Source: Kudoa neothunni (lineage: Eukaryota > Animalia > Cnidaria). Taken from it: DNA of 64,000 bases. Below are positions 42,208 to 55,082 of the stretch, in pieces; the stretch's first letter is position 1, and the number at the start of each line of letters is the position of its first letter. The notes beneath the pieces were generated by a model that saw only the letters and a list, made by a program, of their open reading frames with translations, had not been told where the DNA came from and searched no databases. A program made the translations under genes and the position numbers. The stretch is from contig OZ199840.1 in NCBI GenBank assembly GCA_964304625.1, positions 3,275,189 to 3,339,188 of the forward strand, written 5' to 3'.

Positions 42208-43680
42208 ATGGCTAATAAAAATAAATCTAAGAATCGAGAAATTGAAGAGAAATACAAAATTATAAAATATCTTTATGGTATCACCTCTAGGTGAAAGGTT
42301 GCTATTATAAACCATTTTAATATATCAACAATATCCACTCTTAATGATAATTTAAATAAGAAGAGAAAATTATAGAAATGTTTTAGTGGGATTGGTTTGT
42401 ATAAATAGGAAAAATCTAAATGATGGCACCAATATTTCCCTCGATGAATATGTCTATAATTGGATATGCTGGGTGCGAGCCAAAAAAATTGAATTAACTG
42501 TCGTCGACATCATTGATAAGAGAAACGAAATTGCCAGAGAAAAGAATTTATCATCAAATGCAACATACGGTTGGTATCAATGTTTTAAATTGAGATTTAA
42601 TCTCAACAAAATAAATTTCCGTGGCTAAGTGGCTGACATTGACCCATGTGTAAGTTCTGAATGGCTTTATTAACTTAAAAACATATGTGAATAATATAAT
42701 GATGGTTGTGTCTATAATATAGATGAAACAGTTTTGTTTTATCAGCAAAAACGAGGTATATTTTTTCATTTGCCATACCTGCATATTTTTTTACAGGAAA
42801 AAGTTGTGTAAGCCCCATAGAAAGTCATACGAAAAAGTCTAAAAAAACGAATGACCGTTTGATTCCGTGCCCCACTCAGTGGAGAAAAACTTGAACCTTT
42901 GGTTATTGGATCTAGTCGAAAACCCAGATGCTTTAAAAATATAACCAGCCCTCCAGTTTTATATGAATCCAATAAGAAGTCTTGGATGACTAGTGAAATC
43001 TTCCTATGGTATCATAAAGCTGATATTTTTACCCAAAATACCATTAGTTTATTTCAGCCCCTAGATCAAGAGATTATTCACTCATTCAAATGAACATATA
43101 AGAGGAAAATGATTAAAAAATACATTTCATGTATTGAGGTGGGATTAGAACCAACTCCATCAACCATTTTAGATGCGATGGTGTTGAATAAACAAGCGTG
43201 GGAGTGTGTAACCGTATCCACCATCATAAATTGTTTTCAAAAAGTAGGGTTTTCATCTCAGCAAACAGATCCTGTCAAAGATGACTGCATTTTGAAATCA
43301 TCAGACAAATAATTTAGTGAAATATGTGACACAACTCATCTTAATATATTACAAGAAGAAATTGAGGTTATAATTGCTGATGAAACTGCAATAGAGAAGG
43401 TCAATACGTTTCAAATCTTAAATTCTGAAAAATTCAATGATCCTTCAACTTTAGGTGAAAAATTTTCAAGTTTATTTATATTAACTTTATCCTATTTTCA
43501 AGAACAACAGTAGATCTTATCACTCTAAAAACTGATTCTACGATAATTATCTCTTATGAGATAAAGTGTCTCTCTAGATATTTCTCCTTTTTAAATTCTT
43601 TGGAGGAAGTTTCTGGTTCGCTTCGAAACAAAATACAAAAGAATGTCCAATCAGATCAATTGATTATTTAACTAAAAGAT
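42208..43680 (+). mobile_element. Decayed pogo/Tigger (CENP-B HTH + DDE_1) transposase
   Basis: ATYGWYQCFKLRF, VYNIDETVLFY, EKLEPLVIGSSRKPRCFKN, YESNKKSWMTSEIF, NTISLFQPLDQEIIHSFK; disrupted. Confidence 0.9.
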
Positions 43681-44475
43681 TGTAAATTTTAACTTAATAA
43701 ATAATTAATCGAACTTGAAGCATTATTTTTAGCATAACGAGTAGTTTCTTTGTTTGTCACAGACTCGATGATGTTTCAAGGGAATAATTATGTCTATATT
43801 TTTTTTCAAATTTTCAATATTATTTTATATTTATTTTGATATTAAATTTGTTTATATGATTTTCTCACTGTGTTTTAATGTTTTGTGAAGTGTTTTCAAT
43901 TATAATGCCCGGTTTTGAAGATCACAGAATCCGGTTCTGGATGACACGTAATCCGGTTTTAGATGCAAGCCCTGGTATTAAAGGTATATGTAAATTCTTA
44001 AACATAAAATATCAACTCAATATATCATCTTTTCTATAAATTGAAAATTTATCATTTTAATTGTAATTGTAATATTACAAACTATTAAGAGGAGAGAATG
44101 TTAAAAAGTTGTTATGTTGTGTCAATCTTAAAGACAAGAATTTGTGTAACTACAATTTAACCTAAATTATGCAGATTTTTTATTGCAAAATTGATTCTAA
44201 ATGTAGATAATGTCGCTCTCGTTTGTTTAAAAGATTCTTAGGAATGATTCGTATTATGTGTGTATGTGAACAGATCGATTTAATGATAATAGTAGTCTAC
44301 CAAAGTATTATGAGATAGTAAGCACAGTAAAATTCTTCTGTAACTGTTAATATAAATAATTGTGTGTAAAGTTCAATAGCGTCACATTAAAAAAATGAAT
44401 TTCTACGAATTTTATTTATTATCTTGTATTTAGACTAAATAGCTGTAAAGTTGAAATAATTATTGGTGAGATCGC

Positions 44476-44705
44476 ATGAACGCAAACTTTGAAACTTCCC
44501 TTGGGAGCATATCCCCAAGTGCTATACCACAGATTAACTGTACAATCCCCGTCTATTTTTGTTTGATCGCATTATCATATACGATATGCGAAGCTTGGTG
44601 AGTATTATCTACAAGATATTTATAAAGAAAGACAGAGAAATTGATTTGTATTACATGTATTATTTATTTTTGAATGTAGTTTCTCTTTATAGGTTTATCG
44701 AATGA
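44476..44705 (+). CDS. Spliced 44-aa small ORF ending 4 nt before the ABCD4 ATG
   Basis: Exon 44476-44597, strong GTGAGT donor, exon 44693-44705: MNANFETSLGSISPSAIPQINCTIPVYFCLIALSYTICEAWFIE*. Confidence 0.35.
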
Positions 44706-44709
44706 AATT

Positions 44710-46680
44710 ATGGTTTGCTTTCCCAAAGCAATGAATAAAATTCATTCATTTTTCAAAAAGTTCTTTCTAATATCAATGATACTCATGAAAAGATTTTCTT
44801 CCAAATGTACTATTATGCTAACTCTACATCTTGGGCTAAAAATGATAGAATTTATTTTGGCCTATTACGTTGGCAATCTAGCTAGTTTGTATTACATGGT
44901 TATACCAATGAATTCAACAAGCGATTTTACAAAAGTTGTGTTGATTTCATTTCTATTAGTATCTATTATGGCGTTGATACTAGCGTTAAATGAAATGGTT
45001 AAATTACATATTCAGGCTAGTGCTAGGAAAAATTTGACCAAGTATCTTCAGACCATATACGTGCAGCCGTCAATATTCTACAAAGTGAATGTGACATGGA
45101 CTAATTTCCATCCTGATCAAGCTATGAGTCAAGACGTGGATAAACTCTGCGATGGGTTCATCCTAATCACAAGCGGCCTCATATGCACTCCTTTTATTCT
45201 TACTTTTTATACCTACCTGTGTTCGATGTCGTTCGGCTCCGCAAAAACCTTTATTGTCTACTGTTACAGCATAGGTTTTATTATTATTGGAAAATTGATT
45301 CTGATACCATTATCGATGACTTATTACCATTTGGAACGGTGTGAAGGTGATCTTCGTAGCAAACACTCAAAACTCAGGGAGTACCACGAAGAAATCGAAC
45401 TTCTAAAAGGACACCAAGTCGAAAAAGATATACTAAACAAAAAGTATCTTTTCAAATTGCACTTCAGATCACTCATTTTTTAAATACAGTTTAAGATATA
45501 TTTGTTGTAATTTTTTAAATAAATCATATTCAGGGCTGATACTATCTACATATTAATGTCACGAATAGCAAATAAATTCTTTGGAGTGAAACTAAATGTG
45601 TCAATAAATAGTTATTTTGGCGCAATCCTTGCATACATAATGATAGGATCTTATGCTATAACTAATGGCATAATCATGGAGGCACCAACTATCAGTTCTA
45701 CCTCCTTCTACACATTGTATTTGGTGCATATACTTAGTACTATTGTCAAATTAATTTCCACCGCTGCTTCGCTAGAGGGGAACGTTCATAGAGTTGGTAA
45801 ATTGATTCACATTATAAAGACAAGCCGACCTAACGAAACATCTTATAATGAAACGCCTGAAGCAACTAACGTGATAGAAAATCTCCATAATAGATGTGAA
45901 TATCAGGGTATTAATCCTGAGAAACTACTTCAAGTAACTCGACTATCATTTACACTCCCTGGAACGGATAGATTTCTGGGTTCCAACTACACCTTTACAG
46001 TTTACGAACATCAAAGTTTCGGAATTTATGGCCCCTCTGGTATTTTTATAATAAACCCGAAATAAATTTATCAATAATATTTTTAAGGGATCGGAAAATC
46101 AGTTCTACTAAAAAATATTGTTTCGCTGATAGAAAACACTCAAGATACTCCTCCGGCTTGGTCCCTTAAGCTTAGAGAACCGCATGCTATAATTTATCTA
46201 CCACAAAGAAGCTACTTTTCTGAAGGATCAGTCTATTGTCAACTAGCCTATCCATATATATATTTGATGAATGATCCTAATTTTACAGCTAGAGCGAATT
46301 CGTGTCTTAGATTGGTGGAACTTGAAAACCTTATTGACTGCAAGGATGCTCACCAGCTTGGCGACAACGTGGACAAACTCTCGCCTGGAGAAAAACAACG
46401 TTTGCTGATGGCACGCATATTGTTTCTTCAACCGAAGCTTGCCAGTAAATAATATTTCAACTGCTTTTATTGATTTTAAAATGTTATTTTAGTTGTCGAC
46501 GAACCTACGTCATCTCTATCTCTTGAAGTTGCAGTGAATTTGTTTAATCTTTGCATTGAACGTGGTGTCACGTTCATTACAATATGTCATGATATTGAAG
46601 TTTTAAAAAGAACGCACAGAACCATTCTTTCAATGACTTCCACGTCCTATACTATTTCTAATATTGCAAGCAACGTTTGA
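44710..46680 (+). CDS. ABCD4: ABCD4-like half ABC transporter (lysosomal cobalamin exporter family)
   Basis: HPDQAMSQDVDKLC, TPFILTFYTYLC, EGDLRSKHSKLR..EE; Walker A GPSG|IGKSS, signature LSPGEKQRL, Walker B IVDEPTSSL; three introns. Confidence 0.88.
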
Positions 46681-47320
46681 AACTAACTTTCTTGCATTAT
46701 ATAACAAAACTTTATCAAATTGACAAAAATCATTTTATTCCATAATTAAAAAATTCTTGTAATCAATTTTATTTTTGTATTTTATAATGTGTACGCTTAA
46801 CTAACTTCTATTATGTTACTCGAAGCTTCTATTGGTTTATAAAACCTTGTGACTGAGGTGATATGTACTGATTAATGATGGAGTGAAAGTTTGCCATGTT
46901 ATTAAGTTATACAGTGTGCATATTAGCCTTGTTTTACCCCTTTTTCCATCATATTACATTAAAAATATCTCAGGGTTATATATATATTTGTTTAATTAAT
47001 TATTAATGTTTTAATTTATTCACTGATTCAAATAAAAACTCTAAAAAATTCCTAGTAATAAATGGTTCCCTATAATTATCCTTTGTTCGAATTAATAGTA
47101 ATACAGTTATGATAAACAAAAGACTTTTTTTAGGAATAAGATATTCAATAGCACCTTGGCACCAACTAAATAAACAATTTATGTTTGTATTAAAGATAGT
47201 TTTACATAACATTAACCTCATTACGAGAACTAAAGAATGAAATTATTTTCTTACAAATTGGGAGCAATATACTTTAATATGCGTATTAGTTGAAAATATT
47301 TTCAGTCTATCTAAGATATT

Positions 47321-50300
47321 ATGATCAACCCTGATACACTAGCAAGATTTGTATCTTGTGATAAGGAATTTATGGACATTACAAAAAAGAATCCTTATGA
47401 TTATTACGTTATTTTGTTTTATTCTAGAATGTAAATATTTTTTAATTTTATTTGATCAAAAATCGGATATTTATTCTTTTTGATGTGGTAGAAATATAAT
47501 TGTCCACGAATTAAATAATTATATGGATAATCAAGCAAACAATTTCCCTGTTTTGGTTTTTCTCAAAGTTGGTACGCGTCGATGTCCCGTAATATTATTC
47601 TCGTGTATATTTATCACTGAACAGTTAAATTTATTTTAGGAATCAACTGTCAATTATAATATAGATAATAATGGATGTGTTGTATTTACAGATGGAGTAC
47701 GTGTGTGTGATATGTATCAAGCTATTACAGACATAGACCTACTAGCATTGGATAATAAAATAAAAAGTCACGTAACAGAGGCAACCAAATACGTAATTAA
47801 TCAATATCACTATTGCAGTTATCAACATTCCTAGAACAAAATTCGTTTAATGGCATCAATATTTACTGATGGTTTCATAACAACTTATGAACATGTGATG
47901 GATAAAAAAAGTCCAGCATCTTTCTGCATTATAAAAGAATCCCTCAGAAAGTTGATATCGACACCTTATGATTCAAATAATTCCACATGTCGTTCGATTT
48001 CATTGATATCTGAAGAATTCACTCAACACTTCCAAAAGACACCTGGATGTGTGAATACAATGCTATTGATCGGATTTGAAATGGTAAGTTATATTATAAA
48101 ATAACTGATGCTATTATACCAATTAAATCAAATAACTTTTCATTAATTAAACAATAATGATAATAAACCAAGGTAAAAAGCAGTATTTTAATAATTGTAT
48201 GCCTTAAAGGTGAAAGTAAATGACATTTATCCTGCTGTTATTTAAGTCCTTATCCTTTCGTTCCCAATTTTCATTTAATATTTAAATGAACGAGGGTAAA
48301 ATATTTCATCTCCATGGCGTTCTACTTGGAATGTTTCCTCTACAATAGTTTTAAAAATGTTATAATAACTTTATTTATTTCAGAATAATTCAAAAATACT
48401 TTTAGTAAATAATTATATTATGACGTATTCGAAAATTTATAATAAAGCAAATAAAAATATTATACTTCATTTTTAGGATTAATCGTAATTTAGTCCATCA
48501 ATGGTTTTGGGCAAAATATAATCTTTCGTAGTTCAAAAATATTTACATATATATATTTGAAACGTTCTTTTTAATTTAAAAAGGTTATACAGAGTGTATG
48601 GTTGTGTATTATCTAATAAATCATTATTGTCATTATTTGTAATTATTTAATATATCTACATCGATGAAAAAAATATATATACTACGACTAAATCTGTCGT
48701 ACCTCCATCTAAAAGAGTCAGCCTTAAATATTTATAGAAATGGATTAATTTTGGATATGAGAAGTTTACACCAAAATATCCGCGCATGTTGAAAAAGTTG
48801 ATCGATGTAAGTATTACATTTATATTAAGCCATTTTTTTCGAATCTGATACATAATAAATTTTGAATGCATTTAAAAGACAGTTGAAACTTTCATTTGAT
48901 TATGATACATACTACAAGGATATATTGTTTTTTTAATTTTCATTTTTTCTGTAATCTGATGGCAAAAATTTTGGACCATTATAAATTTTTAGATCGTCAT
49001 AACAAACTATTTTGAAGTAATATATTATCTTCAGACGGCGTATAAATTGAGGCATTAAATGGTTTATCTTTTCGCAATGGTTATTTACTTTTCATTGTAA
49101 AATACAGTAATTTATTAAAAAAACAGTCGGATATTTTAATAAATACATTCTAATTATAAAAATAATTTTACAATGTTTGATTTTATGTTTGAAACAACTT
49201 ATTTATGATTAACTGGATTTGTTTGTTTTATGTAAATAAAATAAAACTATTATAAACTTTTTTATTAAAAAGATTCAAATTATCTATTATAAGAAAATGG
49301 ATTATAAATTTTTTATATGATAGTATAAATATAATAAGCGTGAAGAAAATATTCTTTAATCATGAAAATCGAATAACCTGCGGTGAGGTAACCTATTCTA
49401 AGGTGCTATGACTAAAAATAATTACTAAATTATACACATAAAATAATGTAAGAATAAAATATATGATTGAATCGTTAAAATGATTCTTAAATTGAGTAAT
49501 AAAATTTATTAGATTAAAAATCAATTTAAATAATCCTTTGATTATTAGTTAAACAAGTTAGATATTATTTCAGCAAATATAATTAGCCATCCATAATTAT
49601 TTTAATTTTTCCATTAGCTGAAATAAATGTTTATGATACAAGCAAATTAATTTCTAGGAAACTAAATGAGAAGAATATCTAATATTCATTATTTAAATAT
49701 AGGAATTTAATAAATGATTGTATGATAATAAAATTAACCCAAATTTATAACAAAGTTTGAATTGATGGAATTAAGTAATGCGGAATTATTAATTAATAGA
49801 ATTTCAATCCTATTAGATTTATCTATAAAATTTTTATTTTTAATGTTTGAAAATTTTTCAAAAGAGTTGATAAATTAAAATAATATTATTTAACTAATTT
49901 TTAATAAGACTAATATATAGAATGAAGATAAAATATATTATCCTTTTGATAAATCCCCTGCTATGCTGCTATCGTATATTGATGGCTTGGAGACAATTTA
50001 CAACCATTATTGCACGTTATTTTGCTCGACGCCATATAAATCATCTGTCACACCTATTCCTAAAATCAAATCCAGTGTGTCTAAACTTTTTAAGGTAAAA
50101 TATAATGCTGTTGGAGGTTGAAATTAATATTTTTCCGTAGAAAAGATATTGGAAATTTTTTAATGTATTTGCCAAAAACATTGATTTGGTTTATAAATGT
50201 GAAATAAAATCGTTACTAAAATCTGCAAAAGAAGTTATACCATTAACCTGCATAAAAACAAAGGCAAAGAAACTAATGGAAGATCAATCAGGTTGCTCCG

Positions 50301-51128
50301 GATATTCTTATGAAGATTGTCTTGTGGTTGCACTTCTTGATTGGTTTAAAAGTAAGCATGATACTTTGTCTAATGATTGTAATGAAACGCTAGATGAATT
50401 TATAATATTACTTACTGATTCACCTATCTGTTCGTTTTGCCAGAAAAACATGTATTTTAAAAAGTCAACCGCTCCTAATTCGATAGAAAAAATGAATAGC
50501 GCTGAAATTACTGATACCTTTACCTGTGAACAATGTCGTATTCAACACCGTTTTCCACGTTACATTAATCCCTTATCAATTATCGGTAAATATAAAATTT
50601 TACGTTTTAATTTGATTTTTTAAAAAGATACAAAAATTGGTAATCGTAAAGAATTTGCGATTGCATTTACGTGTATATGTCGAGTGTTTGATCTACACGT
50701 TCGATATGTGGTAGATATCTCTGGTTTCGTTTGGAATGAGGTTTATTCGAGCAATTTTAAACGATGGATACATGTTGATTGTTGTGAGAATTTCTATGAC
50801 AAACCACTCATTTATGAGGATGAATGGGGAAAAATCTTTAAATGCACCCTAGCCTATTCTTATTCCGAAGTAAAGGATATCACTTACCGTTACACCAAAA
50901 ATCCCACGACAATTATATACGAGCGGAGCAGGTATTTCAATAAAATGCTCCAATTTCTCATTAATAATATTAACAATACAGTAATAGATTCACATAAAAC
51001 TAAATTTATACCTAATGTTCCATGATATGTAGTTAAAGGAGCGATTTTGTGACAAAGATCGACTGAATTCTTCTGAGATGTCCGCACGTGAAGATATCGA
51101 AATGATTTTTCGTGAAAAACAGCCATGA
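47321..51128 (+). CDS. Thioredoxin-like + PUB + peptide:N-glycanase (NGLY1-like) protein with substituted catalytic residues
   Basis: Thioredoxin-fold N-terminus (..FLKVGTRRCP..LDNKIKSH); PUB (RSISLISEEF..PGCVNTMLLIGFE); core LLDWFK, CSFC, CEQC, RFPRYINP, VWNEVYS..RWIHVDCCE..DKPLIYE.EWGK. Contains a ~1.8-kb intron at 48084-49920. Confidence 0.85.
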
Positions 51129-51753
51129 TGAAATGGAAAAAAAGATTCTTTCTTCAACATAAAAATGATCCTGAATTATCTTAATTTCGAGAAATTTTGA
51201 TTCTCTCTGATTTTCTGACTGAATAAATATTTCCAAATTGGTTACAACATTTTTCATTCTAGTATTTTATTTTGTGAGTGTTTTCTTGTTCGGCTTCAAA
51301 ATAATGTTGAAAATCGTTCCAAAATATTTAATTAGGTATATCCAGTATTTTTATTCCTAAGATTATTCAGCATTGAAAATATTCCATTGAGATAACAATT
51401 TTACTCATAAAACTCGAACTGCACAACGTTGCTTAGGGATGATTTCGCCTAGAGACTAGAGACGTTTTTTAATAGCATTCAAAATATATATTAAAGTTTC
51501 GAATTAACCCATAGATGAAAAAAAACTAAAAATGTTCATGTGACATACTATCAACGATTTGGATTAACCCAATTTAAATTATGATCATTTCTGTGAAGGA
51601 AAGTATCAATCCCAGCGTTCATTTTAAAATTTTGTGGACCGGCACCAACGCCAAATAATTTATTGTCACTGTCATATTTTGTTGCATTTCCAAATTATTT
51701 AAATCCTGTCAACCCTCAAATGATCACGCTCAAAAAACTTACGCGTGTAACCA

Positions 51754-51776
51754 TGGGGGTACCTGAGGTACCCCCA
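51754..51776. repeat. Perfect GC-rich palindrome TGGGGGTACCT-G-AGGTACCCCCA
   Basis: 11-bp arms directly visible; resembles the subterminal palindromes at the piggyBac ends in this window. Confidence 0.8.
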
Positions 51777-53544
51777 GAAATTTTCTATGATAGTGATTGT
51801 ATTTTCTCGCAATTTTTTAAATTTAAAAATAGTACATTTATGACTATTAAAAATGATATACGAATAATCAAATCAATAAGGGAATCAATAGGAAATTTCA
51901 AGAACGTTTCAATAAGCATTACCAACATAATCTCTTACAATCAATCTTATGGTTAAGTTATAAGATAGATACAAATATTTCAAATCCTTTTCGATCGGTG
52001 GGAAATAAAAAAAATGCCTTCTGGTTATTCTCTTCACAAATAATAATAATAATACAAACGGCAATGCGTTCCGTGGGTTACTTACACGGTTGACATCGGT
52101 CAACTCTACGTTGATTGGTGGACTATATTGGATCTAATTCACTGAACGGAGTAAAAATGTGTTATGGTCCAAGTTTAAGTTAATGTTTATTTTTAGGGTT
52201 TTCTTATTAAGTTATATTTTCACAAAATTAGTTTATTCTTTTCTTCATTCAATTACTTTTGTGCCACAATAAATAATTATTTAAAGATGAATCGAAGTTG
52301 CATAATTTAATCCATTGTGATAATATTGCACATAGAGAGAAAATATGTATGGGCGTTATAGGACAAATTGAAGCGTAATATTTTAATAAATGATAAAAAT
52401 TAATGAATATCATAAAAACATATCAACAATATGATACCGCCGTTAATTATTAAAAACAAGCGCAAAAGCTTCCTTTCCTGGACAAGTAGATTAAAGTCTA
52501 AGTAGGGTGAGGTCATTTTAGGTTTAAAGTAAATTATAATTATTTTATCGCTCGTTTGAAGACAGTCTTGGTCGAAATAAACAGCATTAACACGATCATC
52601 TTTACTTTCTTCTTTATTGAATTTTATTTTTATTTAGAAATCATAAGTTCTTACAACTCATGTGGCGTATTAATCACTTCAACTAACCCGTCGATGAACT
52701 AACTAATCTAAAAATTTGTTAACACCGTTACATTTAATTATAACGTTCTAAAATCATTTTATGTTTATTTGAAAAATATTTAAAACTTTTTATCGATAAT
52801 TAAACGTGCAAAGTAAATAATTTATTCACGTGTATCAAACTCCTGTTTAAACAACAAATCTTCGTTTACACCGAGCCTCGCATACGCACGGACGAATGTT
52901 GTAATTCGTCTTAAGTACGTTCAAAAGTAGAAAAGAATAAACTTTCAAATTTTCAGTTGTATTTAAATACAGAAAATTATAGTTATCTACGCATATCACT
53001 CAACTTTTTAACGAATCGCGTGCAGTGGTAATCTCATTATCATCAGCGCTAATCTGTTTCCAAAAAATTTAAACTACAAATTCACCTCTTTATAAGAAAG
53101 TAGAAAACCCCGTTGTATTTATGTAATTACTTTTGTATTTTTTAAAGTATACTACGAAACTCAAATAGTCAAAAAAGTCTCTGTATAAGGAGAAGATTTA
53201 TGCATACACACACGGACACTACTACTTTATATAGTAGGAAGGATAGTAGATAGATTAATTCAAAAATATCGACCTCAATACGTTAAATTTAATGGATACT
53301 AAGTATAGTTTTAATTTGAAATAATAAAATTATTTTGATGTATCATGGAGGTTTACTTATGTCCCAGCTACTACTGGAAAATTTTCAATCTTATTATTAT
53401 TTTTAACAACGAAAGATATACACGACTCATTGATAATAATAGTGCGAACCCGATTAAAAACCAAATAATGAAGGTAATTATTCATGAATTATCTAATACA
53501 ACTGTAATCCATCTTTTCTATTAAGAAGTTGAGTTGACCTGAAT

Positions 53545-55082
53545 ATGAAGTTTTATTTACCAACCTTCATCCATATTATTTCAATCTTCATACCTCTTTC
53601 TTATCTCACTAGTAATTCAACATTATAAAAACCTCATGCTCAGCAATTTTAGAAAGTACAAAATATGATTTTAGTATTGGAAGGGACCATAGAATACCAT
53701 TAAGATCATATCCTATAAGATATTATCTTGACACAACAACAGCTACATGCAAAAAATTTGAATACAAAGGAGCTGGTGGGACTAACTTCAATAATTTCTC
53801 GTCGTTAGAGGAATGCAACAAAGAATGTACATATAAACTTTTTGATCTATATCTATAATGATTTAGTTGAATATGACTATGCGAGCCGCGTTGATGTTTG
53901 CACAGATACGAGCATTTCTTCAAGTGAACTTACTGACCATGGTAGCGACGAATTCAACGTTTGTGGGAAAACACCAATCGAAAGATATTATTACATAAAA
54001 AATACCAATACATTAGAATGTAAGAAATATAATTATAAGGGATGTAATGAGCCAAAGAATTCGTTTCCAAGTGAAGATGCATGCAAGGGCATGTGTGCAA
54101 GTAATGTATTATTCATCTATGCTATATTTAATTAAAAGTAGCAAAGGACACACCCCTCCAAAAACCCAACAAAGTCGACTGCGATGTGGGAGCTATTTTA
54201 ACTTCAAATAATGTTAGTGAAACAGAAATCAAGATCGTACGTGACAAGGAAAAGTCCACCTGTGTCCATGCGATCGTTGATAAAAATCCAAACCTACGAG
54301 GTGTATTTAGTTCTTTTACTCAGTGCCAAAAAACATGTCATAACAGTATAATATATTAATTAAATAAGATTAATAAGTGAATTTAGTTGATGCTGCAGCA
54401 ATCAAAAGATGTGAATCTGCCCCATACCAACCAACAACCGAGGGGCATATAACAACCAAATACTACTACAATTCAACAAATAAATTCTGTATGCAAATGT
54501 TGACTGTTGATATTGAAGTAGATTCAACCAAAAATTATTTCGATACAGCTGGAGAATGTATTAGTGCCTGCCCTGCTCGTATATTTCTTTTATTATTTAT
54601 AATTATATAATTTAATGTTTAAAGTTAACGATAATGATACAGTTGGTACCTTGCCGGATATGCCCACTGTATGCAGCGAACCAAAAGAACCTGGTAACGG
54701 AAATGAAGCAAGCACAATGCCAAGATGGTATTACGATGATACACAAAAAGCGTGTAAAAGATTTGCATATACTGGAATTGGTGGAAATATGAATAACTTC
54801 GAAAGCGAAGCTCTTTGCAGTTACATTTGCATCGAAGGAGTAAATGAAATTACTTTACCCGAACCAACAACTACTCCAGCCACTACAACTGAAACTACTA
54901 CGACTACTACAAATAACGACGATTCTGCATCAAACTCTTCAGACGACCAATCTGACCCATCTGACTCATCATCATCTGATGAGTCAGATGATTCCCATAA
55001 AAATGAAGATACAGAAAGTGAACACTCAGTTGAAACAGTGGAGGAACCCGAACAACTGGCTGATGTCCGTCATATGGAATAA
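53545..55082 (+). CDS. Secreted protein with five Kunitz/BPTI-like domains and a Thr/Ser/acidic tail
   Basis: Signal exon plus five phase-1 exons, each with RYY/RWY..C..F.Y.G..G..NNF....C...C or a degenerate version; tail TTTPATTTETTTTT..DDSASNSSDD..ESEHSVETVEE. Confidence 0.92.

Noticed and set aside
43907-43975. Three CCGGTT..GAT subrepeats ending in CAAGCCCTG (hAT-like end)
   Set aside because: No partner terminus found; probably a solo TE end and not CRISPR-like.
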